Shown piece after piece: positions 9,985-21,600 of a stretch of DNA of 64,000 nt. Source of the DNA: Spirochaetales bacterium (GTDB lineage Bacteria > Spirochaetota > Spirochaetia > JABEVK01). The notes under the pieces were generated by a model. That model searched no databases and was not told the DNA's origin. It saw only the letters and a list, made by a program, of their open reading frames with translations. The DNA lies in the NCBI GenBank assembly GCA_947478845.1, contig CANJXC010000006.1:491-64490 (forward strand). Reading direction: 5' to 3'. The position numbers and the translations under genes are program-made. The stretch's first letter is position 1. The number at the start of each line of letters is the position of its first letter.

Positions 9985-11294
9985 CGCCCCATTCCTAGTA
10001 TCACAGCCTGACCAAACCCGCTGCAACTGACTTCGTGGGCCCCCTCCATCAAGCGGGCAAAATCATAGGTAACCGTCTTGGCTCCAATGGCGTGTCGAAT
10101 GCCGTTTTCGATCAGGTTAGCTGCTTCCGTCCAGCCCAAGTATTCGAACATCATCACTCCAGACAACAGAACCGAAGAAGGATTCACCTTGTCGAGGCCG
10201 GCATACTTGGGAGCAGTGCCGTGGGTTGCCTCAAAGATGGCATGGCCGGTGATGTAGTTGATGTTGGCTCCGGGAGCAATACCGATTCCCCCTACTTGCG
10301 CGGCAAGGGCATCGCTGAGGTAATCTCCATTAAGATTGAGGGTGGCGATCACATCAAACTCTTCGGGGCGGGTGAGCACCTGCTGCAGCGTAATGTCGGC
10401 AATTGCATCCTTGATGACCAATCCTGCTCCCGGTTTACCGGCGGGGATCTTCATCCAGGGACCACCGTCTAGCAGTTCGGCCCCGAAAAAGTCTTTAGCC
10501 ACCTGATAGCCCCAGTCACGGAAGGCGCCCTCGGTGAACTTCATGATGTTGCCTTTGTGGACCAAGGTGACGCTGCTTCGCTTTTCTTCAATGGCGTAGC
10601 TGATCGCGGTGTGAACCAGCCTTTCGGTGCCCAAGGAACTGACAGGCTTGATGCCCAAGCCAACAAGCACCGGAGTTTCCCGCTTCGGGGTACCAAAGGC
10701 TTCGAGCTGTTTCTGCCAAGCCTGGGAAGCCTCGTGGGTGCCGAAACGGATTTTGCTGAACTCTTTAGGAAAGTTGGTCTGAAGGAAGTCGAGGATTTTC
10801 TGGGCCTCGGCCGTCCCGGCGGCATATTCGATTCCCGCGTAGATGTCCTCGGTATTCTCGCGAAAAATCACCATGTCGACGGCCTCGGGACGCTTCACAG
10901 GGCTCGGAACCCCTTGGAAATACTTAACCGGACGGAGGCACACGTACAAATCAAGCATCTGCCTCAAGGCCACATTCAGAGACCTTATGCCTCCTCCTAC
11001 AGGAGTAGTCAAAGGACCCTTGATGCCAATCAGATGGCTTCGAAACACATCGAGGGTCTCCTCGGGAAGCCAGCTTCCGGTAGCTTTAAAGGCCTTTTCA
11101 CCTGCAAGTACCTCCTTCCACTGCACTTTGCGTGTGCCTGAATAGGCCTTCGCCACGGCCGCATCGAACACGTTCACGCTCGAGGCCCAGATGTCCGGGC
11201 CCGTGCCGTCTCCTTCAATGAACGGGAGGATGACGTGGGGCGGGACCTGCAGTCCTTTCGAACTCATGGACGCGGGCGCAGCGGGTGACAGCAT
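9981..11294 (-). CDS. icd: NADP-dependent isocitrate dehydrogenase (homodimeric type)
   Basis: [64 protein letters not shown]. Start is ATG 11294 or 11267. Confidence 0.96.
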   Translation of the reverse strand: MLSPAAPASMSSKGLQVPPHVILPFIEGDGTGPDIWASSVNVFDAAVAKAYSGTRKVQWKEVLAGEKAFKATGSWLPEETLDVFRSHLIGIKGPLTTPVGGGIRSLNVALRQMLDLYVCLRPVKYFQGVPSPVKRPEAVDMVIFRENTEDIYAGIEYAAGTAEAQKILDFLQTNFPKEFSKIRFGTHEASQAWQKQLEAFGTPKRETPVLVGLGIKPVSSLGTERLVHTAISYAIEEKRSSVTLVHKGNIMKFTEGAFRDWGYQVAKDFFGAELLDGGPWMKIPAGKPGAGLVIKDAIADITLQQVLTRPEEFDVIATLNLNGDYLSDALAAQVGGIGIAPGANINYITGHAIFEATHGTAPKYAGLDKVNPSSVLLSGVMMFEYLGWTEAANLIENGIRHAIGAKTVTYDFARLMEGAHEVSCSGFGQAVILGMGR

Positions 11295-11358
11295 GGGGCA
11301 ACTCCTGTGGGGAAGTGTAAGGAAAAGGACTGTCCACGGCAAGCAGGACCATGTTAGG

Positions 11359-12450
11359 ATGCCAGCCATGCGACGCGTGGCCAGCCTTCTTCCAGCCCTA
11401 ATCGCCCTCGCCCTAGCGTTTTTTTTGGGAAGTTCCAGTACCAGAGGGGACGTTTTCGTGGTGGGTAGCGACGTCCAGAAGAAAGAGCTCGCTTCACTGT
11501 TCAAGTTGCTAGTGAGCGAGAAGGAATCGGGGGCCACTCGATACACTCTGATTCAAGAAATCATCGCCAAGTTCAGGGAACAAGGGCAAGTTTCGAGAAT
11601 GAATCTGTTCCTCACCGAATACGTTAACCAGAACCCCTCTGACCCCTATTTGGCCCACTACCTCTTTGTTGTCGCCGAAAACTACCGCCAAGCTGGAGCC
11701 ACCGCCTTTGCCCTGCGGGAGTACTGGCGAGTTCTTTCCAGTACCACCGACATCTTGGAAGAGGGCAAGTCGATCCATGAACAAAGTTTGTTCCACCTCG
11801 TGCAATTGGAGCCCTCAGCCAGCAAGCGCCGGGAGCATTTCGAGGCGCTCAAGGCTCGCTTTCAATACAAGATGGTGACCCCCGATCTCTATTATTCTTG
11901 GGGACGCACAGCCGAGACGTTGGGCCTGTGGGATGAAGCCCTGCTTGCATACAACCGGTTCCTCCAGTTTCCGGACCCAACGGTCGCCGGCGACCCCAAG
12001 GCAAGCCAGCGTATCCGATCGCTCGTGGATATCTCGCAGACCGACCGCGCCTGGGTGCGGCAGGACCTCAACGCACTTGTAGCCCAGGTGAAACGGGCTG
12101 TCATCAACAGCGAGACGCAACTGATGGAAACCTTGCGTGCCAAGGTAGGGTTCTTCACCTTGTCGTGGGATAACACCGACCTCACGGATACTCTGACAGA
12201 AGCCTTCGATATCCGGGTATTTCTCAAAGACCTGGTACTCCAAGCGAACTCCGGTACCGGAAACGATGTCCGTTTTGAGCCTGAGCTCGATCCCTTGTCT
12301 AATGATAGGGAGGCCTACCTCCGGTCCACAGGCTGGAACTACCGCATTCCTACCTGGTATTTTTATTTCCGCCGTGTGGAGTATCCAGCTGACCCGGAGT
12401 CGAACGGCGCATGGGAATGGGCAGGGGTGTTTTTCGGCGAGAAACTATGA
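11359..12450 (+). CDS. Exported TPR-repeat protein
   Basis: Signal/TM segment [24 protein letters not shown] and TPR-like helices ([25 protein letters not shown]). ATGA-coupled to the next gene. Confidence 0.65.
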   Translation: MPAMRRVASLLPALIALALAFFLGSSSTRGDVFVVGSDVQKKELASLFKLLVSEKESGATRYTLIQEIIAKFREQGQVSRMNLFLTEYVNQNPSDPYLAHYLFVVAENYRQAGATAFALREYWRVLSSTTDILEEGKSIHEQSLFHLVQLEPSASKRREHFEALKARFQYKMVTPDLYYSWGRTAETLGLWDEALLAYNRFLQFPDPTVAGDPKASQRIRSLVDISQTDRAWVRQDLNALVAQVKRAVINSETQLMETLRAKVGFFTLSWDNTDLTDTLTEAFDIRVFLKDLVLQANSGTGNDVRFEPELDPLSNDREAYLRSTGWNYRIPTWYFYFRRVEYPADPESNGAWEWAGVFFGEKL

Positions 12451-13577
12451 GGTTCTCGAGCCTTAGCACCGTGGTCGCGCTTCTTGCTTTCGCTGTGGCG
12501 CTCTGGGGGCAAGAATTGCCCCCGTTGGCGCCTCCAACGCTGGAGTTTGAGTCCCAGGTGTTGCCCCACCCAGGAAACCTTGAGGCGCCGGCTCTGACCT
12601 CGTTGCCCGCGGTGGAACATCCACGGATCAATAAGGCTTTGGCCTATTTGCGCGCAGAAGGCCGCTCTTGGGTGGAACTTTGCCTGAGGCGGAGTTTGCC
12701 ATACCGGGATTTCATCCACGCGCAAATCGAGGCCCGGGGCATGCCTTCCGAGCTGTTCTGGCTGGTCGCTGTCGAGTCAGGTTTTTCAACAACGGCCACC
12801 TCCCGGGCAGGTGCTGTCGGCCTTTGGCAGTTCATGCGCAACAGCATTGGAGGCTACGGCATGACGATCAGCTCGTTTGCCGACGAACGCCGGGATTTCT
12901 GGAAAGCAACCGAAGGCGCGCTGGATAAACTGCAGGACAACTATAAAACCTTTGGCGACTGGAACTTGGCTCTCGCAGCCTACAACGCGGGCGAGGGCAA
13001 AATCCGTTCTGCCCTTCGGCGCGCAAAGGGAATCACCGACTACTGGCAGCTCCTCGACAAAGGGTTTCTGCCCCGGGAGACCGCAGGATACCTTCCGCAG
13101 CTGCTTGCCCTGTCACAGATGACAAGTCGCCTCGAGGCAGAGGGGCTTTCGGTTGACTGGCCCCAGCCCAAGGTTTGGAACCGCATTGCCCTGGAGCGCA
13201 GCGTAGACCTCAAGCTCCTGGCGGAAGCAGCAGGGATTCCTTGGGATGCCTTGCGCGAAGCCAATCGAGAGCTCAACTATACGATTACCCCCATGCTGAC
13301 CGGTGGCTATTGGCTCAAAGTGGATCCCGAGTGGGTTGAGCCGCTGACTGCGGCTTTGGCCAACCCTAAACTCCCCCTGATGCGCTTTTACTTGTATAGC
13401 GTGAAAAAAGGGGATACTCTTTCGCAAATAGCCCGTTGGTACGGTGTGAGCATCCCGATGATACAGCGCTACAACCCTGGCCTCCTGCCAGAACGACTCA
13501 AAATAGCCCAAAACCTCGTGATTCCCGGCCTCAAGGACGTAGGAACCTACCGTCGTTCCGCCGAGGCAGGAGGATGA
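12447..13577 (+). CDS. Lytic transglycosylase (SLT) with LysM, MltD-like
   Basis: LVAVESGF (catalytic Glu), AVGLWQFM, ALAAYNAGEG, ETAGY, and a C-terminal LysM (YSVKKGDTLSQIARWYGVS). Confidence 0.9.
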   Translation: MRFSSLSTVVALLAFAVALWGQELPPLAPPTLEFESQVLPHPGNLEAPALTSLPAVEHPRINKALAYLRAEGRSWVELCLRRSLPYRDFIHAQIEARGMPSELFWLVAVESGFSTTATSRAGAVGLWQFMRNSIGGYGMTISSFADERRDFWKATEGALDKLQDNYKTFGDWNLALAAYNAGEGKIRSALRRAKGITDYWQLLDKGFLPRETAGYLPQLLALSQMTSRLEAEGLSVDWPQPKVWNRIALERSVDLKLLAEAAGIPWDALREANRELNYTITPMLTGGYWLKVDPEWVEPLTAALANPKLPLMRFYLYSVKKGDTLSQIARWYGVSIPMIQRYNPGLLPERLKIAQNLVIPGLKDVGTYRRSAEAGG

Positions 13578-14587
13578 AGATGCTTGGCTGGTCGTTGCGG
13601 GGTTGGATTCTTTTGCTCCTCGCCGGTACAAACTTACCGGTGCTTTCAGAAGAAGCGGCTGCACCCCCTGCGAGTACCGCTACAACCGAGTCGTCGATTG
13701 ACTGGACCGCTGGAAGGTTCTACCTGACCCTCAGGGCGGCGATGGTGAACACCGAGGCTACCCGTGAAATGGCGGCACCCAAGCGGCGCTACCTGACAGA
13801 ACAAACCTTGGGAGCCAAATTGGAACAGGCCTTTGTTGCCGAGGCGGGGAAGATTCCCGTCGATTCCAGCCGGACCTTGGCCGATCTGGAAGCGGAAGAT
13901 CCTGCGGTCACGGCGCGCTTAAGTGCTTTGGTCCCCTCGCTACGTTTTCACTATTCCCGGGTGGATGAGGCTTACACGTCACTTGAAATGCGCTGGTCGG
14001 CTTCCCTCTGGACCGACCTGCTTCCGTTGGTGTCGGAAGTAGCTGAGCCCAACCCTCTGACCAGGCTCATATCCTGGAGTCCAAGCCGTGATTTCTCGGG
14101 CCTTGTCATCTTCGCCATGGGGAACCTGCCTTGGTACGGAACCAACAAACTGATGGCCATGTGGAGCCCTGCCCTGACCTTCCGTCTGCTATCACCCGAA
14201 GGGGAAGTGTTGTTCGACCTCTCGATGGCCGATCCGAAAGCTCTCGAAGAAGCTGGTCTGGCGGGCCTGAGCCTCGGTAAGTTCAACGAAGAAGCTTGGC
14301 GCGACCGCATCGGTAACGACCCGCTTCGCATCGTGGCCCGCGGAGTGTTCGGTAAAAACCCCGGCGACCTCATTTTGGCCAGAGACGACTGGAATAAAAT
14401 TCTTGCACGCCCGGCAAATCGCGACCTTCTGGTCGGGGGCAAGATTTTGATTCTCTGGGGTCCATTTCCCGACTACACCATAAAGCCGAACCCGGACTCC
14501 GTGATCGACGTGAACCAGCCGGCCATTCAGGTTATCCCCCAGCCCCCGGTTGAGAAGGCGGCTGAACCTGCCAGCTCGGGCCATTAA
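13574..14587 (+). CDS. Conserved exported hypothetical protein
   Basis: AGGAGG SD, ATGA overlap with the transglycosylase stop, signal peptide. Confidence 0.65.
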   Translation: MKMLGWSLRGWILLLLAGTNLPVLSEEAAAPPASTATTESSIDWTAGRFYLTLRAAMVNTEATREMAAPKRRYLTEQTLGAKLEQAFVAEAGKIPVDSSRTLADLEAEDPAVTARLSALVPSLRFHYSRVDEAYTSLEMRWSASLWTDLLPLVSEVAEPNPLTRLISWSPSRDFSGLVIFAMGNLPWYGTNKLMAMWSPALTFRLLSPEGEVLFDLSMADPKALEEAGLAGLSLGKFNEEAWRDRIGNDPLRIVARGVFGKNPGDLILARDDWNKILARPANRDLLVGGKILILWGPFPDYTIKPNPDSVIDVNQPAIQVIPQPPVEKAAEPASSGH

Positions 14588-15809
14588 GACCCAGCAACCG
14601 AGCCCGATTCAAAAAAGACGGGAAGCCCGGCCGCGCGTCAAAACTCCAGTACACCTCGGCCAACGCCTCTAGGCGGCCATCCAACCTGGTGTTTTCTTGA
14701 CCCGCCTTCAGGTGTTCCGTCCAAAGACAGGCCTCACCCCCCAGGATACCGCCTGCCAAGTGCTCGCAGCCCGGTGGCACCACAGGGTTTTCATACACTT
14801 TGGAAACCGGGATGACCTTCATGTATTTCTCGTCATACCAGCTGTTTTCTGGCGTATACGGATAATCGAAGTAGCAATATTCGGTATTGGAGCTCAAAAG
14901 TGGGTTACCAGCTTCCAGAGACTTTTTTGCCAAATCGGGGTGAAGCCACCACTGTGCCACCGCTGAGTGGGGGACGTTGTGCTCGACCATCTCATTCCAT
15001 CCCACCGCCGTCTTTCCACGGGCGCCCAAGTAAGCGATGAACCTCTGAAAGAATACTTCTTCCAACCCGCGTTCGCCTGCTAGAGACTCGCTTCGGATTT
15101 TTTCCTGGCACCGCGGGCACGCTTGCCAGGCTTTACGGATCACTTCATCGCCACCAATGTGCACCCAGGGCCCCGGAAAGAGCCTGCAGGTTTCCTCCAG
15201 CACGGTTTCGAGAATCGAGGCCGCCTTTTCGGAGGAGGCGCAATAGACTTGTTCGAATATTCCCCAGGTGCGAGGGATTTCTATGCTCTCTCCGGTGCAG
15301 GAAAGCTCGGGGTAGGCGGCTATGGCGGCGCTGCTGTGGCCCGGCAGTTCGATTTCTGGTACCACCACGATGCCCCTTGAGGCTGCATAACCCACAATTT
15401 CCACCACCTCGGCCGTGGAATAGAACTCTTCGCCCGACAACGCGGTAAGGCGTGGCAGAGCCGGGATTTCGAGGCGCCAAGCCTGGTCGTCCACCAGGTG
15501 CCAGTGGAAACGGTTAAGTTTGAGGGTAGCCATGCGGTCGAGCAGAGTCTTGAGATTCGCTACCGGAAAAAAATGACGTACGCAGTCAAGCATAAGTCCG
15601 CGCCATTCAAAACGGGGTTCGTCCTGGATAAGTCCTGAAGGCAAATGCTTTTGCCCCTTGAGCTGGTTCCAGGTTGCCTTAGCGTGGGAGAGACCCGCGG
15701 GATCAAGGGCCCTGAGGACCACCTCCCCGGCGTCGAGTTCTATCTCATAAGCCTCGGAGGCGACAAACCGTGGAACAAAACTCAACGCACCGACCAGCGA
15801 TTCGGTCAC
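14532..15809 (-). CDS. Beta-N-acetylhexosaminidase, GH20
   Basis: DEPRFEWRGLMLDCVRHFF, FHWHLVDDQAWR, VPEIELPGH, catalytic HIGGDE, GGEACLWTE. GTG 15809 has an AAGGA SD. Confidence 0.92.
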   Translation of the reverse strand: MTESLVGALSFVPRFVASEAYEIELDAGEVVLRALDPAGLSHAKATWNQLKGQKHLPSGLIQDEPRFEWRGLMLDCVRHFFPVANLKTLLDRMATLKLNRFHWHLVDDQAWRLEIPALPRLTALSGEEFYSTAEVVEIVGYAASRGIVVVPEIELPGHSSAAIAAYPELSCTGESIEIPRTWGIFEQVYCASSEKAASILETVLEETCRLFPGPWVHIGGDEVIRKAWQACPRCQEKIRSESLAGERGLEEVFFQRFIAYLGARGKTAVGWNEMVEHNVPHSAVAQWWLHPDLAKKSLEAGNPLLSSNTEYCYFDYPYTPENSWYDEKYMKVIPVSKVYENPVVPPGCEHLAGGILGGEACLWTEHLKAGQENTRLDGRLEALAEVYWSFDARPGFPSFLNRARLLGLNGPSWQVQPPSQPGAGG

Positions 15810-15952
15810 GCGGGTTCCTTGGGGCGAGAAGGTGTTGTGGCTGGGAAGAAAGGTTCGGACAGCAGGAATCGCAGGTAGTGAGTGGGGCATTTTCAGACCC
15901 TAAACCTGACTTCGGGTTTTGGCAATAGATTTTAACCCCCGTTCGAAAAGTC

Positions 15953-18046
15953 TTAAAGCGCCACGAGTTCGTCGCTGAACGGCGGGCATTTTTCCCACAA
16001 CCTCTTGAGGCCGGCATGCTCCGGAAGCTCAAAACCCGGATCGCGTGACAGGCGTTGCAGCAGATCTTCCCGGCAGGCCATAAGAATGGGTAAATCGCGA
16101 CCTAAGTCGGCGATGCTGAGTTTAAGAAAGCCCGATTGCCTCGCCCCCGCAATGTCTCCCGGGCCCCTGAGCTTGAGGTCCTCCTCGGCGATTTTGAACC
16201 CGTCGGTGGTTTCCATCATCACACGGATGCGGGTCTTGCCATCGTCGGTAAGGTTTTCTCCGAACACCAGGAAACAGTAGCTCTGCAAACCCGAACGTCC
16301 CACGCGGCCCCTAAGTTGATGAAGGGCCGACAAGCCGAAACGCTCGGCGTGCTCGATCACCATGCAGGTGGCGTTGGCCACATCTACCCCCACCTCCACG
16401 ACGCTGGTGGCTACGAGAACCGCAACTTTTCCTTGGGAAAACTCCTCCATCACCAACGTCTTCTCTTCCTCCGGCAAGCGGGAATGGATGAGTCCCACTT
16501 TGTGCGTCGGAAAGAGGGAAGACAACTGTGCGGCCATACCCTGCGCATCCTTGAGGTCAAGCGATTCGCTGGCGTCGATGAGCGGGTACACGAAATAGGC
16601 CTGGTGTCCTAAGGCCAACTCGGCTTTGACGAAATCGTAAACTTTCTGTTGATTTGCCATTTTGTTGGTGTGGGTCACAATCGGTTTGCGTCCATGAGGC
16701 ATGGTTCGGATCACCGAAGTCTTCAGGTCGCCAAAGGCTGTCAGCGCCAACGTGCGGGGGATCGGCGTTGCGCTCATCAGTAGCAGGTCTACAACCTCGC
16801 CTTTTCGCAAAAGAGCCTGACGTTGAAGCACTCCGAAACGGTGTTGCTCGTCGATGATGACGGCCCGCAGGTTTTTGAACTCCACGGGGTCAGAAAACAG
16901 GGCGTGCGTTCCCACCACAAAGTCGATTTTTCCCGCAGCCAACTGTTCGAGTAGGGCATTGCGGCCAGCGGCTTTCAGGTTACCTGAAAGGAAGGCGATC
17001 TTTACACCCAAAGGATCGAGAACACGGGCCGCATTTTCGGCGTGCTGCAAAGCCAACAGTTCGGTGGGGGCCATGAGCGCGCACTGGAAACCGGCTTCAA
17101 TCAGCGGAAGGGCCGTGAGGAAGGCGACCAGAGTCTTGCCGCTTCCCACGTCGCCCTGAAGGAGCCTCGCCATGGGAACCGAGGATGATAGGTCTGCGTC
17201 GATTTCCTTCAAGACTTCCATTTGTCCGGTGGTGAGGCTGAACTCAAGGCGCCTGAGAAGCTCCTGTCGCAATCGCTGGGGAAGCACGACGGGCACCCGG
17301 TTCGGGGAAGACGAGGAGAGCGAACGGCGCAAGACTGCAGTCTGCAGGTGAAACAGTTCCCGCCACACCAAGGTGTTCTTAGCCGCCTTCAGGTCTTCCA
17401 GTGTGGGAGGAAAATGTATATGGCGAAGCGCCGAATCTAAGTCAACCAGAGCGTGCTGCGACCGGAAGTCCGCGGGGAGTTCTTCTTCGAACGCTACCGG
17501 GGCGTAGTCTTCCAGCGATTGCTTCACCAAGCGCGCCATCTGGGTGTGGTTGAGGCTACCTGCTAACGGATAATGGGGCACCATAGTCCCAGCCAGACCC
17601 AAGGGGGTCCCAGGGGCGTGGCCAGGCGGCGGAAGCTCCAAATCAAAGCCGGCAACTTGGAGCGACTGGTACTTGCTCTCGGGAAGCCCGGATAGCCATG
17701 CCTGAACGCCTACCGGCCAGGTCTTGGCGAGAAACGGGCGGTTGAAGCAGGGAAGTTCGGCAACAGTTCCCTGCCGGTCGAGTACATGGAGTTTCAAAGT
17801 TTGCCGGTGCGGCGGACCGAAGAAACTGTGGGCAGCAATGGTGACCACCGTGTTGGCCATTTTTTTCCCGGAGGCAGCCTCCAAAAGCAAAACTTCATCG
17901 CGGCGGTTCACGTGCTCCCGGGGTAAGTGCATCAGTAAACCTGCCACCGTGTGGATATTCAGTTTGTGTAGATCTCGTAAGGTGGCAGGTCCGGCTCCCT
18001 TGAGCCTGGCAACGGCTACGGTTAGTTCACCCGGAAGCATGGCCAA
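15953..18046 (-). CDS. recG: ATP-dependent DNA helicase RecG
   Basis: RLLQGDVGSGKT, MAPTELLA, IIDEQHRFGV, MSATPIPRTL, HQLRGRVGR, DLKLRGPG. Confidence 0.96.
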   Translation of the reverse strand: MAMLPGELTVAVARLKGAGPATLRDLHKLNIHTVAGLLMHLPREHVNRRDEVLLLEAASGKKMANTVVTIAAHSFFGPPHRQTLKLHVLDRQGTVAELPCFNRPFLAKTWPVGVQAWLSGLPESKYQSLQVAGFDLELPPPGHAPGTPLGLAGTMVPHYPLAGSLNHTQMARLVKQSLEDYAPVAFEEELPADFRSQHALVDLDSALRHIHFPPTLEDLKAAKNTLVWRELFHLQTAVLRRSLSSSSPNRVPVVLPQRLRQELLRRLEFSLTTGQMEVLKEIDADLSSSVPMARLLQGDVGSGKTLVAFLTALPLIEAGFQCALMAPTELLALQHAENAARVLDPLGVKIAFLSGNLKAAGRNALLEQLAAGKIDFVVGTHALFSDPVEFKNLRAVIIDEQHRFGVLQRQALLRKGEVVDLLLMSATPIPRTLALTAFGDLKTSVIRTMPHGRKPIVTHTNKMANQQKVYDFVKAELALGHQAYFVYPLIDASESLDLKDAQGMAAQLSSLFPTHKVGLIHSRLPEEEKTLVMEEFSQGKVAVLVATSVVEVGVDVANATCMVIEHAERFGLSALHQLRGRVGRSGLQSYCFLVFGENLTDDGKTRIRVMMETTDGFKIAEEDLKLRGPGDIAGARQSGFLKLSIADLGRDLPILMACREDLLQRLSRDPGFELPEHAGLKRLWEKCPPFSDELVAL

Positions 18047-18625
18047 CTACACCGGCAAGCGTTCCAGAAGCAACCCTAGCAGCCCAAATCCGATACCCCC
18101 GGCAACCGTCAGCAAAACAGTCAGAACCACCAGAAGCAAGAGGCTCGTGGCATAAGGAAAGAACGCATCCCGTTTCAAAACCCGATTGAGGTACCGCGTC
18201 ATGGGCTGGAGCAGGGCATCGAGAACCTGCCAAACCGACTCGCCGCCCCAGCGGAACTGAACCGCAAGAAAGCGGACGAGTGCCAACACGCCTATCAGAA
18301 ACACAACCGACGAAAACAAAGCCCACAACTGGCCCAGAATCGCGGCCAAGACTACCCCCACGCTCAGCGATCCTTGGCGTGCCAGCCTGAGGACCAGACC
18401 TTGGACGACAATGAGGACACCAATGGCAATCATCGGCGAGAAATCAAAAGCCCCCAGCCGTAATCTCATGCCCCGGAACAAATTGAACCAAGGGTCTGTT
18501 ACCGCGCCCAAGGCTCGGAACACGGGGTGCGATTGGTCGGCAGCTACCCACGACAGAAAAATGCGAATGGTGAGCACGAGAATATAGACTTGCAGGACAT
18601 CGGCGAGCACGATCATCAGATTCAT
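18047..18625 (-). CDS. yggT: YggT family membrane protein (two repeats)
   Basis: ATG 18625 overlaps the dnaE stop (TAATG). ILVLTIRIFLSW...TDPW...FDFSPMIA. Confidence 0.85.
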   Translation of the reverse strand: MNLMIVLADVLQVYILVLTIRIFLSWVAADQSHPVFRALGAVTDPWFNLFRGMRLRLGAFDFSPMIAIGVLIVVQGLVLRLARQGSLSVGVVLAAILGQLWALFSSVVFLIGVLALVRFLAVQFRWGGESVWQVLDALLQPMTRYLNRVLKRDAFFPYATSLLLLVVLTVLLTVAGGIGFGLLGLLLERLPV

Positions 18626-21600
18626 TATTCTCTCCACACGGCGTCGGCCCAGGCGTGCTGCCCGAGTTGGTCGAGCACATCCTGTGAACTGGCGATCCGT
18701 AACTGTTGCGGACATCGTATCTTGGCGTTTTTGGTTCCGTTGGTCAAATGCAGTATCAGTGGCGAGTTGCCCTGATGGTCGAGGAAGGTATCGCGGATGC
18801 GGGTGATCTCGGATTCCTGCCAATCCTTGGGCTTCAGGCGCACATGAACCGTGAGCGCCCTCACCTGAGCCAGCGAGCCTGGGTCAAGAATGTCGTCCAC
18901 CAGAAACTTTGCCTTCTCGTCTGCCACTTCCACCTTGCCAGTGAAACCCAGTACGGCCTCTTCGGTGAGCCAGGGCTCCACCTTCGCGTATACCTTGGGA
19001 AAAATCACAAGCTCGATGCTTCCGTTGAAGTCCTCGAGGAGGCCCCAAGCCATTTTTTGACCTTTTTTGGTGAGTATAGTCCTGATGCCGGTAATGATGC
19101 CCATCAGTTGGTCTTTTTTGTCTTCGCCTTCAGTTTTTCGCGGCGCCGCCAGGTTCACCGAAACCGTCTGCTTCCAACGCTCGCGATGAGGGTCGAGAGG
19201 GTGGCCCGAAACAAAGGTGCCAAGGTTGAGTTTTTCGAAGTTTAGCAACTCTTTTTGGTCCCATTCGGGAAAGTCCACCAGGACCAATGGCGGTGAAGCC
19301 TCGTCGCCGTCGAACAGACCTCCCTGACCCGACGAGGCTTCCTCTTTCTTCTTGGCCGCCGTTTCGAGAGCCTTATCGAGGTTATGGAACAAAGTGGCCC
19401 GGTTGGACCCCAAACCATCAAAAACCCCGCACTGTATGCCCGTCTCGAAGACCCGTTTGTTAACCGCGCGCAGATCGACTCGTTCCAGCACGTCGAGAAA
19501 GCTACTGAAAGGGCCCCCCTCCGAGCGTGCCCGCAGAATCTCTTCGACGGCACCACCGCCAATATTTTTCACGGCCTGTAGGCCGTACACGATTTTTCCC
19601 TCGACGACGGTGAAGAGCTTCTCGCTGGTATTCACGTGGGGAGGAAGAATGACGAGGCCCATCGCCTTGGCCTCGGCCATGTACTCGCCCATCTTCTCCT
19701 GGCTGTCCATTTCGTTGGTGAGGTTGGCGGCCATAAACTCGGCGGGATAGTTGGCCTTGAGCCACGCAGTCTGGAAGGCCAGCACCGAGTAGGCCGCGGC
19801 GTGGCTTTTGTTGAAGCCATAGCCGGCAAACGGGACCAAATAGTCGAAAATGCGCTGGGCAGTATCGCGGCTGTAGCCCTTTTTCTCGGCGCCGTCGAGG
19901 AACAAAGCCTGCTGCTTTTCCATTTCCTCTTTCTTCTTTTTGCCCATCACCCGACGCAAAATGTCGGCACCACCGAGGGTGTAGCCACCGATAATCTGCG
20001 CCACTTCCATCACTTGCTCCTGGTACACGATCACCCCGTAGGTTTCTTTCAGGCAGTCAACTAAGTCTTCATGGAGCCACTGAATACTCCGCGAGTTTTG
20101 TTTGCCAGCGATGAAGTTTGGAATCTGTTCCATGGGGCCGGGGCGGTACAAGGCGTTGAGAGCAATGAGGTCTTCCATGCAGGTGGGTTTCGCCTGCTTG
20201 AGGGTTTTCTGCATTCCCGTCGATTCAAACTGGAAGACGCACGCCGACTTTCCTTCCTGGAGCATTTTGAACGTTTTTTCGTCGCTATCGGGAAGATCTT
20301 CTTCGGTGAGGAGTATGCCGCGTTTGGCAATCAAACCGAGGGTGTTGCGCACTAGTGTCAGGGTTGCCAGTCCGAGAAAGTCCATTTTGACCAAGCCACA
20401 TTCCTCAAGAAGGTCCATGGTGAACTGCGTCGTGATCTGCCCGGTTTTAGGGTCCTTATAGAGGGGCACGTAGTCGGTAAGCGGAGTTTTTCCAATCACC
20501 ACCCCTGCCGCATGCGTGCTGGCATGGCGACTGAGGCCTTCCAGACGCTTGGCGGTTTCAAACAGGTTTTCATAAACCGCTCCGTTTCTGGCATACTCCC
20601 TCAGCTTGGTGCTGTTTTCCTGCCAGCCTTTGTCGATGTAGGCCTGCGGCAGGGGGTCAGACAGCAATTCCTCGAGGTGGAACTTGAACGTCGGGTCGTC
20701 TGGCACCAGCGCGGAAAGGTTGTTGGCTTCGGTAAAGCCGATGTCGAGAACGCGCGCTACGTCCTTGAGGGCTGCCTTGGGCTTGAGGGTTCCGAAGGTG
20801 ATAATTTGCCCGACTTTGTCGCTACCGTAGTGCTGGGTGACGTAATCGACCACTTCCTGGCGGCGGTCCATGCAAAAGTCGATGTCGAAGTCGGGCATGC
20901 TCACCCGCTCCGGGTTGAGGAAACGCTCAAACAGGAGCTTGTACTTCAGCGGGTCGATGTCGGTGATGCGCAGCGAGTAAGCCACGATGGAACCGGCTCC
21001 CGAGCCACGGCCAGGTCCTACAGGTATGTCATGGTCCTTGGCCCACCAAATAAAATCTGCCACAATAAGAAAATAGCCTACGAAGTCCATTGAGATGATG
21101 ACGCCCAGTTCGTAGTCGAGGCGCTCGAAGACCTCGGGGCTTGGTGGTGCTCCCCCAACACCGGGATAGCGTTTTTTCAAGCCACGATTAGACTGCCACA
21201 CAAAATACTGCACCGCCGGTTGCTCCAAGCGGTACTGGTTTTCGGTCGACAGGTGTTCGCGAAGGCGTTCTAGGTCGGTGCCCACCAGTTTTTCCGCGTC
21301 GGCGAGGAAGTCCTGCGGGACCTTGAACTCTGGCAGAAGCGGACCAGGGAGTTTCATTTCCATCGAGATGCTGCTGGCGATTCTCAGCGTGTTCGTGAGG
21401 GCCTCGGGAGTATCGAAGAACAGTTCTACCATTTCCTGAGTGCTTTTGAGGTAGAACTCCTGCCCATCAAAACGCATACGTTTAGGGTCGTTCTTTTTTT
21501 TGCCGGTACCGATGCACAGTAGTGTGTCTTGCGCATCCGCGTCTTCCCGGTCGACGTAATGACTGTCGTTGGTGCAAACCAGCGGGATGCCGGTTTCACG

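Noticed and set aside
11295-11546. N-terminal extensions in the ORF track (icd to 11546; likewise 1679, 18823, 31065, 13436 and 43926 for other genes)
   Set aside because: They overlap neighbouring genes. Downstream starts have SD sequences or stop/start coupling.
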